Of a DNA stretch of 32,000 nucleotides, positions 1 through 8,474 are shown piece by piece. Origin of the DNA: an uncultured delta proteobacterium (GTDB taxonomy: Bacteria > Desulfobacterota > Desulfobacteria > Desulfobacterales > JAFDCJ01); contig CAVXZZ010000037.1 in assembly GCA_963766255.1 (NCBI GenBank), forward strand, positions 16,960 through 48,959, written 5' to 3'. Each line of letters starts with the position of its first letter. Within the stretch, counting starts at the first letter, position 1. A program made the position numbers and the translations under genes. Under the pieces are notes generated by a model, which searched no databases, was not told the origin of the DNA, and saw only the letters and a list, made by a program, of their open reading frames with translations.

Positions 1-194
1 CCTTTTACTGCTATTTCTTTTAGGAAAATAGCAAACTCTCAAATATAGGCATGACAACTAAGAAACGTGTACTTCAAAGGATTTCAATAAAATAGCCCCC
101 AAGGAGTTTGGATCCCTTGGAGGCTTTTATATTGGAAATTTTAAGATTACCATGCTCATCTTGAGTTGCTCACTGATTTGCTGATATTAATTAG

Positions 195-233
195 GCAGAA
201 TAAAAAAGCTGGCCTAAATATTCAGTCCAGCTT
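195..233 (-). terminator. Putative intrinsic terminator downstream of the methyltransferase-ribK-HAD operon
   Basis: 7-bp stem aagctgg (206-212) / ccagctt (227-233). Read on the minus strand, the hairpin is followed by a T-run (plus-strand A-run 202-207). It lies about 190 nt after the HAD stop codon. Confidence 0.4.
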
Positions 234-422
234 CAATTCAGATACAGTAGAGGCAACGAGAGCCAAATTCTTTATGAGATAATGCTCATAATTAACACCG
301 CGTAAGAATGAAAGTCAAGAAAAATATTGAAATTCAGAAAAACAACAAACTGAAAACGGTTTTGTGAAAAGTAAAACCATACCTTCATAAATTGATGTTT
401 TTCAAAACTTGTTATCGGCAAA

Positions 423-1124
423 TTAAATAATGATGGTTTCATCCAGATAAGGAATGCTGTCGATGATGGCATCGGGGTTTTCTCTCTCCAGGGCCTTGAA
501 GTCATCAAACCCCGTTAACACACCCACTGTTTTCATACCGGCGGCATTGCCTGCCCTGATATCCACGCGGGTATCACCAACATAGACGCAGTGATCAACA
601 GCCACTCCCAGCTCTTTACTGCCTTTGAGAAGGGGTTCGGCATGGGGTTTTTTGTTGATGACATCATCGGCCGTGATGATGACCTGAAGAAGTTTTTCAA
701 TGCCGGCTTTTCGTAAAGGAGCAAGCTTAAAAGATATATAATCCGTAGGGGTCGAGGTGACCAGTCCGATTTTCATGCCCTGGGCTGCGATCTTTTTACA
801 GATCTCCGCCGCACCCGGGATCAATTTAATCTGCTTGCGAAAAATTGGCGGTGCAATGTCATCGATGATTACCCGGGCTTCTGCGATCAATTCTTCTTTG
901 CGGGGTTTCATGGAGTCGGGAAGCACAAAATCCCAATCGAAGTCGCCATCATCCATGGCCTCCTGCAAAGTTTTCCTGGAAACGGGCGGCACCCCGAGTT
1001 TTTCAAATACAATATCAATGATTTGATAGTAGATCGGCGCTGAATCAATCAGGGTGCCGTCCAGATCAAACAGTACGGCTTCAACTTTTAATTTTTTATT
1101 TACAATTGGCAAGCTGCTCTCCAA
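423..1124 (-). CDS. HAD-superfamily hydrolase (phosphoglycolate phosphatase / beta-phosphoglucomutase-like subfamily)
   Basis: 233-aa ORF. HAD motif I is FDLDGTLIDS, motif II is LVTSTP, and motif III/IV is K...YVGDTRVDIRAG. It starts 14 nt after the upstream ribK-like gene ends, which suggests one operon. Confidence 0.8.
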   Translation of the reverse strand: MESSLPIVNKKLKVEAVLFDLDGTLIDSAPIYYQIIDIVFEKLGVPPVSRKTLQEAMDDGDFDWDFVLPDSMKPRKEELIAEARVIIDDIAPPIFRKQIKLIPGAAEICKKIAAQGMKIGLVTSTPTDYISFKLAPLRKAGIEKLLQVIITADDVINKKPHAEPLLKGSKELGVAVDHCVYVGDTRVDIRAGNAAGMKTVGVLTGFDDFKALERENPDAIIDSIPYLDETIII

Positions 1125-1138
1125 AGGATGTCCGTTGT

Positions 1139-1567
1139 TTATGGTATGTTGGCAGTTGTTTTTGATGAAAGCCTATCGATTGCCAAAGTAACCCAATCAC
1201 CGTCCTTAACCCCCAGCGATTCTTTCAGCATTTCCGGCGAAATTATTTCGATAATATTCTTGGCGTGCACCCTGACATCTTCGGCAGGAATGACAATGGC
1301 TGCCGGGAGTCCTTCGATCGAAACCGGGAAGACATGCCCGCTGCAAAAATTCGAATCCGGCGATACCAACTCAAGCCCCTTTGTCGCCTTCAATTCTTCG
1401 ATCACAGCCACGTGATCCATCGCAATTTCCAGATTGAGCGTCCCGGGCCAGGGTGCAAATCCTAATTTGTTCAGACACTGTTCCCGAACCCAATCCAGCT
1501 GAGTGAAAAAGGCGCCCTGTTTTGCACCACTGAGTATTTTTCCGGATATGTTTATTTGGTCTGTCAT
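1139..1567 (-). CDS. ribK: Archaeal-type (CTP-dependent) riboflavin kinase, DUF120/COG1339
   Basis: 142-aa ORF. The pattern ISGKILSGAKQGAFF...LGFAPWPGTLNLEI...IPAEDVRVHAKNIIEIISPEMLKESLGVKDGDWV follows, as I recall it, the Methanocaldococcus MJ0056 pattern (GEGRYF...GFEPYEGTLNLKL...VPKKTYHSSEIIEIIAP...LKDGD). Confidence 0.7.
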   Translation of the reverse strand: MTDQINISGKILSGAKQGAFFTQLDWVREQCLNKLGFAPWPGTLNLEIAMDHVAVIEELKATKGLELVSPDSNFCSGHVFPVSIEGLPAAIVIPAEDVRVHAKNIIEIISPEMLKESLGVKDGDWVTLAIDRLSSKTTANIP

Positions 1568-1627
1568 TCTGACTCGCTTCTAAACACAAAATACAAAAAA
1601 CTAAACACCTTGCAACACACTACTTCG

Positions 1628-2215
1628 TCAACTTAATCCTGATTTCCCTTGCCCCCTCTTGGATCTCGATACATTTTCAAATCCGGCGGCTTCGATCATG
1701 GGAACCACATCGCTCTTGCGATAGACGGCTATGGGTTTGTGCAGGCCCAGCAGTCCGAAGATCCATAGGAAAAATCGTTCACGCAAGTTGAGCGATGCCT
1801 TCCATTTTTTTCTATCGATATACTGGATAACATTAGCCGGGTCATATATCCAGGCATCAGCGCCTGGCTTCAAAACCCGGTTGATCTCTTTCAGGACACT
1901 CACCGGCTTTTTAAGAGAATGAAGCATTCCGGTACTGATCACCATATCGAAGACAGCGTCATCAAAGCGCAACCGTGCCGAGTCTCCAACCTCGAAACTT
2001 AGTTGAGATGCGTACCCCGCTTTTTGAGCGTTAGCCCGGGCCATATGAATTAATTTGCGACTCAGGTCCACCCCGGTAATGTTGATTTCCGATGCGCGTT
2101 TGACAATTTCAATCGGCAAGTACCCGGGTCCGGTGCCAAGATCAAGCATGTGACCTTGCCGGATATGGGATATGATTTCATCGGCCACCTGGCTGTAATA
2201 GCCATCAACAACCAT
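1628..2215 (-). CDS. Class I SAM-dependent methyltransferase
   Basis: 195-aa ORF with SAM motif I LDLGTGPG and a Methyltransf_11/25-like layout. The N-terminus is uncertain. An upstream ATG at 2285 (MKPWFKYE...) is in another frame and would join this frame if one base of a T-run at 2261-2263 were removed. Confidence 0.7.
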   Translation of the reverse strand: MVVDGYYSQVADEIISHIRQGHMLDLGTGPGYLPIEIVKRASEINITGVDLSRKLIHMARANAQKAGYASQLSFEVGDSARLRFDDAVFDMVISTGMLHSLKKPVSVLKEINRVLKPGADAWIYDPANVIQYIDRKKWKASLNLRERFFLWIFGLLGLHKPIAVYRKSDVVPMIEAAGFENVSRSKRGQGKSGLS

Positions 2216-2292
2216 CCGGCTGGCTTTCTCGTAGGAAGATGCCAGCGGCGCCGGGTATTCTTTCGTATTTAAACCATGGTTTCATAGCTGAA

Positions 2293-2619
2293 GGTTCAAA
2301 GGTTCTGGGTTCGAGTTCAGGGTTAAAGCGTTACTCCCGCACAACAGGCGCTGTCGCAATGCTCAGAGCTCGCTGATATTGCTGTTTTGTCATTACCGGT
2401 CCTCGATCGCCTTAATCCAGGATGACGGATCCGGAATCCAGTGTTCTTTCTAAATCTTACGTTTCTGGATGCCTGGATTCAAGTCCGGCATGACAGACCG
2501 GAGACTTTATGAGTAAGTTGAAATTCGGACACAGTCTCACAAACAGTGTTCAAAGTGTTTGTCTGAAAGATTCTGGAATAGCATTTGTGTACTAAACCCT
2601 GAACCGATGAACCTGAGCC
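2293..2619. repeat. About 327-bp intergenic element bounded by low-complexity inverted arms
   Basis: The left arm is ggttcaaaggttctgggttcgagttcagggtta (2293-2325). The right arm is taaaccctgaaccgatgaacctgagcc (2593-2619), which is the reverse complement of the same ggttcag-type oligomer. The interior has gtcatt..ccgg / ccggcatgac and ggaatccag motifs, also seen at 21250-21277. Confidence 0.55.
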
Positions 2620-2738
2620 AGTAAAACAATGCCGCATGGAAAAGTCAATTAATTTGCGGTTTACAATTGCTAATTTATTGTATTAATGTGTCAGTGTTTT
2701 CTAATATCAAATATGATAAAGATGGAAGGATTAATATA

Positions 2739-3218
2739 ATGACAAAGCACCCGAAGTATTTTACTGGCTTCCTTGTACCGTGGTTTTTGTCAGCACCGCC
2801 CACGGGGAAGACGTGACATCATGACAGCCACGGCCATGTTTGTCTCGGAAAAAGAACCATTGCTTATGATCAGCGTCGCCAAAGACCATCTGACAGAGCA
2901 ATTGATCAATCAATCCGGAAAATTTACCCTGGTAATCGCCGGAGAAGACCAGCGCAAGCTGGCCATGCAGATCGGCAGTTATCAAAGGCGAGGCTGCAGA
3001 CAAATTTGAAAAATTTTCCATTCCAACCTTAAGCGAACAATCCGGCAATGCCCTGGTACCGGAAGGTGCGGCCGCCTGGATGGAATGCGAATGTGGAAAG
3101 CAGCCAGGATATCAAAGGGTACCGGCTGTTCATCGGCCGGGTGGTCGATCAACATGACACCGGCACACCGCCATTGATGTGGCAGAAGGATAAGTTTTTT
3201 GGCCTGAAACCGATTTAG
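2739..3218 (+). pseudogene. Flavin reductase-like (FMN-binding split-barrel) gene disrupted by about four frameshifts
   Basis: The homology runs through frames 0 > 2 > 1 > 2 > 0. The segments are MTK / APEVFYWLPCTVVFVSTAHGEDV / (N)IMTATAMFVSEKEPLLMISVAKDHLTEQLINQSGKFTLVIAGEDQRKLAMQIGSYQ / GEAADKFEKFSIPTLSEQSGNALVPEGAAAWMECECGKQ / QDIKGYRLFIGRVVDQHDTGTPPLMWQKDKFFGLKPI*. Joined together they read as a typical flavin reductase domain. Confidence 0.7.
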
Positions 3219-3338
3219 GGGATTTGGGATTCGGGATTTCGGATTTTGGATTGTAGAATAAAGCAAATTAATATTAGGTTTCAGGTGTCAGGTTTCAGAA
3301 GAACTGCGGACATTACTGACGACCTTAAACCTGAAACC
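3218..3338. repeat. Degenerate tandem heptamers followed by a ggtttcag-type inverted repeat
   Basis: The run gggattt gggattc gggattt cggattt tggatt occupies 3218-3251. It is followed by ggtttcaggtgtcaggtttcag (3277-3298), which faces aaacctgaaacc (3327-3338). Confidence 0.5.
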
Positions 3339-3404
3339 AATTCATAGGACTTATATATAGAAGCTCTACCAATAGTTATATTTGCATAGCCGGAAAGATA
3401 AATT

Positions 3405-4629
3405 ATGGAAAAACCACCCGCGATTGCCGTCCTTGGAACCTTCGACTCGAAATCCGAAGAGCACATTTTCTTAAAAAACCAGATTGAACAACGGGGAATC
3501 GGAACCTTGACCATCAATGTGGGAACCCGTATGCCTTCCCCGGTGCCGGTGGATCTGGATTTGCTCGAAATCGTCAAAGCCGGCAACCCGGCTATCGCCG
3601 ACGGCCGGGATAATATCATCAATGCCATGCTGCAGGAGGCCAAAGACCAAATCAAGAAACTGCATGGGGATGGCAAAATCAGCGGCATCATATCCGCCGG
3701 AGGCGGCACCGGAACCCATATCTGCACCACCATCATGCATGAACTGCCATTAGGGGTTCCCAAAGTCATGGTATCCACCGTGGCTTCCCGTGACATGTCC
3801 CGGGTCGTCGGCACCAAAGACATCGTTATGATCCACAGTGTCGCCGATTTATTGGGCGTAAACAGTATATCCGGCTTAATACTGGACAAGGCCGCAGCGG
3901 GCATATGCGGCATGGTTAAAAGCCACTGGCAACCGTCAGGGCAAAAAAAACGCATCGCCCTGCCCTTTTTCGGATTCATTACTCCGGGTGCCGAAGCCAC
4001 CCGCCAGGCCTTGGAATCACTGGGGTATGAAGTCATTGCCTTCCATGCCAACGGCATCGGCGGCATGGCGATGGAGGAGCTGGCCGCAGAAGGATATTTC
4101 CACGGCATTCTGGATCTGGCCACCCACGAACTGGCCGATGATTTAATGGATGGCTATTGCGGCGGAATCGGGCCCGCAGCGTTTTGAACCGGTGCCGGGC
4201 AGATCAATTCCCAGGCTGGTGGTTCCCGGGGGACTTGACTGTGCGGTGCTGGAATTTACCCGCACCAGCATTCCGAAACAATACGAAGATCGCAAAATCT
4301 TTTTTTACGACTTTCGCTCTGCCATTCGTTTGAATGAGGAAGAAACTTCTTTTTTAGCAGCTCAACTGGCAGAAAAGCTCAATAAGGACCCTGCTCATAT
4401 CAGGGTACTGGTGCCCACCAGGGGCTGGTCCGGTGCCGATAAACAAAACGGTCCCTTGTACGACCCGGACATGAATCAGGTCTTTCTCCAGAAATTCAGG
4501 CAAGTTATAGATTCTCAAATCGAAATCCAGGAAGTTGAACATCACATTAACGATAAAGCCTTTGGGCAAATTGCCGCAACTGTTATGGATAATATGGTAA
4601 AATGTGCTAAATTAGACAATCATTCATAA
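3405..4629 (+). pseudogene. UPF0261 (Tm-1 N-terminal-like, putative ATP-binding) family gene with a single +1 frameshift near 4165-4175
   Basis: ORFs 3405-4187 and 4150-4629 are collinear with the intact paralogue at 5435-6661. For example, GVPKVMVSTVASRD matches GLPKVMISTMASRD, and IPRLVVPGGLD...VRVLVPTRGWSGADKQNGPLYDPD matches IPTILVPGNID...VKILVPMNGFSAFDHKEGPLHDPE. Removing one base from ggg/ccc at 4170-4175 restores GGIGPQRFEP. Confidence 0.75.
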
Positions 4630-4757
4630 TACTATATAAGCACACCAAACTCTGATTGTGACCGGTTAATAAACCCTATCAAATACAAAACCTGTTTCCT
4701 TGACAATTGGCTTATGGGATATTAGACGAGTCTTGAACCAGTCTAAGGAGGTCAATT

Positions 4758-4997
4758 ATGGAAACTGTCGGTGCTTACCATGCGAAGACGCATCTGCCCA
4801 AGTTAATAGAGCGCGTACAAAAAGGGGAACGTATTATCATCACAAAGCACGGGGTTCCAGTAGCGGTATTGCAAGCCCCTGATCCTGAAAAAAATTTTGA
4901 TTTCAAATCAGTTGTCGACGAACTGTGCAAATTCCGGGACAGGCACAGCCTCGGCGGGCTTTCAATCCGTGAGATGATTGAAGAAGGCAGACGATAG
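4758..4997 (+). CDS. Type II antitoxin, Phd/YefM family
   Basis: 79-aa ORF beginning METVGAYHAKTHLPKLIERVQKGERIIITKHGVPVAVLQ, a typical Phd/YefM N-terminus. A perfect SD (aaggagg) sits 7 nt upstream. Its stop codon directly abuts the ATG of the PIN gene (tagatg). Confidence 0.8.
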   Translation: METVGAYHAKTHLPKLIERVQKGERIIITKHGVPVAVLQAPDPEKNFDFKSVVDELCKFRDRHSLGGLSIREMIEEGRR

Positions 4998-5417
4998 ATG
5001 ACCAAACATTTTGTGATCGATAATTCTGTGGTCATGTCATGGTGTTTCAAAGATGAAACAAACAAATATGCCGATGCTATTTTGCACAGGCTTTCCGAGG
5101 CCACTGCTTTCGTGCCTTCGATTTGGCCCTTAGAGGTCGTAAATGTGTTGCTTGTAGCAGAACGTAAAAAGCGTCTTAGCGAGGCCGACAGTGCACGTTT
5201 CATAACCTTGTTAACAAAGCTTCCGATAGTCGTGGAAGTTGACCACCCCGAAAAATCGATGAAAGCGCTTTTATCCTTTGCCAGGGCGAATAGCCTTTCG
5301 AGCTATGACGCTTCATATCTCGACCTGGCAATGAAAAGTGGTTATCCCATAGCCACGTCGGACAAGAAACTAATCCGGGCCGCGAGAAAAATTGATGTTC
5401 CGATTCTATCTGGGTAA
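4998..5417 (+). CDS. vapC: PIN-domain ribonuclease toxin (VapC family)
   Basis: 139-aa ORF with acidic PIN residues in the expected places (FVIDNSV, PLEVVNVL, SYDASYLDLA, ATSDKKL). It is abutted to the antitoxin gene. Confidence 0.8.
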   Translation: MTKHFVIDNSVVMSWCFKDETNKYADAILHRLSEATAFVPSIWPLEVVNVLLVAERKKRLSEADSARFITLLTKLPIVVEVDHPEKSMKALLSFARANSLSSYDASYLDLAMKSGYPIATSDKKLIRAARKIDVPILSG

Positions 5418-5434
5418 TCTTCAGGAGGGAAATT

Positions 5435-6661
5435 TTGGCGAATTCACCAACAGCGCTGATGGTTGCGACCATGGATACCAAAGGCCAGGAAGCCATGTTC
5501 ATAGTTGAATGCCTCAAGGCCGAGGGCATTACCGTAAAGATAATGGATGCCGGTATTAAAGGTCAATGCCCGACCCCGGTGGATGTAACCCGCGAAGAAG
5601 TCGCCCGGGCCGGCGGAAAATCACTGCAGGACGTCCAAAATTTGGGTCATGAAGGCAAGGCCCTCGAAGTCATGACCAGCGGCGCCATTCAATGCGCCCA
5701 GGAATTATACCGCCAAAACCAGGTCCAGGGGGTCATTGGCCTGGGAGGATCCATGGGGACCACCCTTGGCAGCGGGGTGATGCGCAGCTTTCCGGTGGGC
5801 CTTCCCAAAGTCATGATATCCACCATGGCATCCCGCGACACACGCGCCTTTGTGGGAACCAAGGATATTCTCATGCTGCACTCGGTTTGCGACCTCGCGG
5901 GCCTGAACCGAGTCACCCGGAAAATTCTGCGCAACGGGGCCCTGGCCCTGGCGGGTATGCTGCGCTCGGCAGTACCGGATGACGCAGCCGATCAAAGGCC
6001 CCTGGTGTTTGTCTCCACTCTGGGAACCACCGAAGCCTGTGCCCAGCAGATCCGCAGAACCCTGGAAGAAAAGAACAACGAAGTCGTTATCTTCCACACG
6101 GTGGGATCAGGCGGAAAAGCCATGGAAGAGATGATCCAGCAGGAAGATATCTCAATGCTGATAGATTTATCGCTGCATGAAATGGCAGACCACCGATTTG
6201 GCGGTGACTACGATGCCGGTCCCCAACGCGGAACGGTGGCTCTGGATAGAAGAATCCCCACCATCCTCGTTCCCGGCAATATTGACTTTCTGGTCACCGG
6301 CCCTTTGGAAAACGCGCAAAAGCAATTTCCCAACCGCCCCTATCACTGTCACAATGCGGCCATTACGGTTGTCCGAACGAAGCAGGAGGAGATAAAGATA
6401 ATGGGCGAAACCATCGCCAGCCTGTGCAACAACGCCCAGGGACCTGTGAAGATTTTAGTCCCCATGAACGGTTTTTCGGCCTTTGATCACAAGGAAGGCC
6501 CTCTGCACGACCCCGAGGCGCCTGGGATCTTTATAAAAAGCCTGGAGAAAAATCTTAATGATAAATCCTGTTTGGAAGCATTGCCTTTCTACATCAATGA
6601 TTCCGAATTTGCCCGGGAAATTATAGATACGTTGTATCGCATCAACCCTGATATCTCATAG
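5435..6661 (+). CDS. UPF0261 family protein (Tm-1 N-terminal-like putative ATP-binding/kinase-like), intact copy 1
   Basis: 408-aa ORF with a TTG start and an aggaggg SD 5 nt upstream. It is collinear with the 403-aa ORF at 16996-18207 and the split ORF at 3405-4629 (VATMDTKGQE, GLGGSMGT, GLPKVMISTMASRD, GTKDI.MLHSV.D, ILVPGNIDF). Confidence 0.75.
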   Translation: MANSPTALMVATMDTKGQEAMFIVECLKAEGITVKIMDAGIKGQCPTPVDVTREEVARAGGKSLQDVQNLGHEGKALEVMTSGAIQCAQELYRQNQVQGVIGLGGSMGTTLGSGVMRSFPVGLPKVMISTMASRDTRAFVGTKDILMLHSVCDLAGLNRVTRKILRNGALALAGMLRSAVPDDAADQRPLVFVSTLGTTEACAQQIRRTLEEKNNEVVIFHTVGSGGKAMEEMIQQEDISMLIDLSLHEMADHRFGGDYDAGPQRGTVALDRRIPTILVPGNIDFLVTGPLENAQKQFPNRPYHCHNAAITVVRTKQEEIKIMGETIASLCNNAQGPVKILVPMNGFSAFDHKEGPLHDPEAPGIFIKSLEKNLNDKSCLEALPFYINDSEFAREIIDTLYRINPDIS

Positions 6662-6868
6662 AAATCATTAAAATCAGCTTCCAAACAAAAAAATTTCGAA
6701 AAAAAGCACATACGGGTCGATAGTAATAATGCTTATTAATATCAAATTCTAAAAAGATATTCTTATCTCCGAGCGCCATACTGTTGACCTTTTGCGCCAT
6801 TATCGATAGCTGTTTAACATACTGAAATAAATAAAAAGAAAGGCAAGTCTAAAAAGGAAAATCAGCAT

Positions 6869-7906
6869 ATGGCTGTAACGCATCCTTTATCTCCAGCAGA
6901 TATTCTATGGAATATATTAGAAGACTATGGCCATGACGCCGAATCTATATTTCTTGAGGAGGGCATCGATCGTGAAATGATTTTAAAACCGGGGGCGCGT
7001 ATTACCCACGCGAGGGTTGACAGCCTTTGGTCTAAAGTAAACGAACTGATAGACGATCCATGTTACGGGGTGCGGGGCGTAAAATTTTGGCACCCTTCCC
7101 ACTTTAATGCCTTAGGTTATGCCTGGCTTGCAAGCGGTACTTTGCGCGAAGCTCTTAGCCGTGCTGCCCGCTATGCTCACGTTATCGGGGAAGATAGGGA
7201 ACATCGGCTGGAGGATACGGCTGAAGGACTGACCGCTACGTTGTCCCATTCTCTGAAGCTGCCCGCCTTCATGGATTTGTCAATGGCAATTTTGATGTCT
7301 ATGTGTCGGCTTAATTACGGAGCGGAGTTAAACCCGGTGAATGTCAATTTTATCCACGCCAAGCCTGCCTGTGCCAGCGAGCACGATTCCTATTTCAATG
7401 CTCCGGTTAAGTTCAACGCTGATACCGACTGCCTTGCCTTACCGGCAGATGCTGTTGATAAACGCCTGCCGATTGGCAACCCACAGCTTGCCAAAATTCA
7501 CGACCAATATATCATCCGTTATTTAGCAAGATTGGACAAAAATAGCATTGTCCAGCACGTTAAAGGCGTGATTATTGACATGCTGCCTTCGGGTGGGGTT
7601 TCCAATGAAAAGGTGGCAAAAAGATTGAACATGAGTAAGCGAAACCTGCAGCGCAAACTGCAACTCGATCATACTACTTTTCGAACACTGCTGGGCAAGG
7701 TACGCCAGGAGTTTGCAGAAAATTATGTACACGATTCAGCCGTCAGTCTGATGGAGGTGGCATTTATTTTAGGATATTCGGATTACAGTTCTTTTTCGAG
7801 AGCTTATAAGCGTTGGACGGGGGTGTCGCCTGGTGAGGGAAGGCATGAGGCGTTGAATTCAAATCACAATCCACATACAGATATCATCGATCAGTACCGA
7901 GATTAG
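6869..7906 (+). CDS. AraC-family transcriptional regulator with N-terminal AraC-type ligand-binding domain
   Basis: 345-aa ORF with a C-terminal double HTH (VAKRLNMSKRNLQRKLQ...TFRTLLGKVRQEFA...VAFILGYSDYSSFSRAYKRWTGVSP). Confidence 0.8.
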   Translation: MAVTHPLSPADILWNILEDYGHDAESIFLEEGIDREMILKPGARITHARVDSLWSKVNELIDDPCYGVRGVKFWHPSHFNALGYAWLASGTLREALSRAARYAHVIGEDREHRLEDTAEGLTATLSHSLKLPAFMDLSMAILMSMCRLNYGAELNPVNVNFIHAKPACASEHDSYFNAPVKFNADTDCLALPADAVDKRLPIGNPQLAKIHDQYIIRYLARLDKNSIVQHVKGVIIDMLPSGGVSNEKVAKRLNMSKRNLQRKLQLDHTTFRTLLGKVRQEFAENYVHDSAVSLMEVAFILGYSDYSSFSRAYKRWTGVSPGEGRHEALNSNHNPHTDIIDQYRD

Positions 7907-8474
7907 CCGTTTTTTCGCCTTCACGCTTACCCAGTTTTTCTGAAGCCACCTTCCTGGCAGTCACCGTAAAAAACCATCCGGATAGGTTGGATCGCAGCCT
8001 ATCTAACCCTTCCCCATGTGATTCACCGAATCTGTCGATGTCGGTATAAAAACCGGATTTAGTGTAACGCCAGAGTTTATCAGCGTCTTTAACGATCATG
8101 TCATTTAGCGAACGCGGCTTTTGGCGGGAATCATGACCGTCGATGATCTCCAGAATCTTTTCCGTTTTAGAAGAATCATATTTTACTTGCTGCAGTATTT
8201 CCTGGGCGATTTTTACCCCTTCCACTTCATGGAGCCGATTTAACTCGGGTCTGCTTGTGTTGGGACCGAATGCCTTGAGATGCATATCGGCCGGCACGCC
8301 TTTCCAGCCGGTATCGTGCAGGATAATGGCCGGAATCACAATATCTTCTTCACCGCCTTCCCGTTCCAATAGCTCAAAAGCCAGCAGAGTCGATATTTCG
8401 GTATGAACATCATTGTGACGGGTGTTCAGAAAAGGCCTGGCAAGTTGCCGGATTTTTTCGAAAACAGATTTCAT
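7884..8474 (-). CDS. HD-domain metal-dependent phosphohydrolase
   Basis: 196-aa ORF with H...HD signature residues (VHTEIS..., AIILHDTGW, IDGHDS, KDADKL). It overlaps the lysR-type gene by 4 nt (ATGA), which suggests one operon. Confidence 0.7.
   Translation of the reverse strand: MKSVFEKIRQLARPFLNTRHNDVHTEISTLLAFELLEREGGEEDIVIPAIILHDTGWKGVPADMHLKAFGPNTSRPELNRLHEVEGVKIAQEILQQVKYDSSKTEKILEIIDGHDSRQKPRSLNDMIVKDADKLWRYTKSGFYTDIDRFGESHGEGLDRLRSNLSGWFFTVTARKVASEKLGKREGEKTANLGTDR

Noticed and set aside
95-125. The hairpin ccaagg-N10-ccttgg near the window start, considered as a terminator.
   Set aside because: It has only a 6-bp stem, a 10-nt loop and a weak U-tract, and the gene it would terminate is outside the window. 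The support is insufficient.
272-508. A 78-aa ORF downstream of, and overlapping, the HAD gene end, plus other 60-100-aa ORFs nested in annotated genes.
   Set aside because: It is AT-rich and of low complexity, lacks an SD, and overlaps the 3' end of a well-supported gene. There is no supporting signature.
2300-2330. ggttcgagt, resembling a tRNA T-loop.
   Set aside because: No acceptor, D or anticodon stems can be built around it. It is part of the ggttcag-type low-complexity repeat arm.
3218-3251. Tandem gggattt-type heptamers and other short tandem oligomers, considered as CRISPR or another array.
   Set aside because: The units are 6-7 nt, degenerate and contiguous with no spacers, and no cas genes are present. 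This is low-complexity repeat DNA, not a CRISPR array.
3281-4123. Long antisense ORFs opposite real genes: 3281-4123 (280 aa), 9809-10693 (294 aa), 10733-11485 (250 aa), 12515-13096, 13667-14284 and 27327-28100 (257 aa).
   Set aside because: They lie entirely within, and antisense to, ORFs with clear family signatures. Their products are low-complexity and Gly/Arg/Pro/His-rich with no recognisable motifs, and no SD sequences are present. They are typical shadow ORFs of moderately GC-rich coding DNA.
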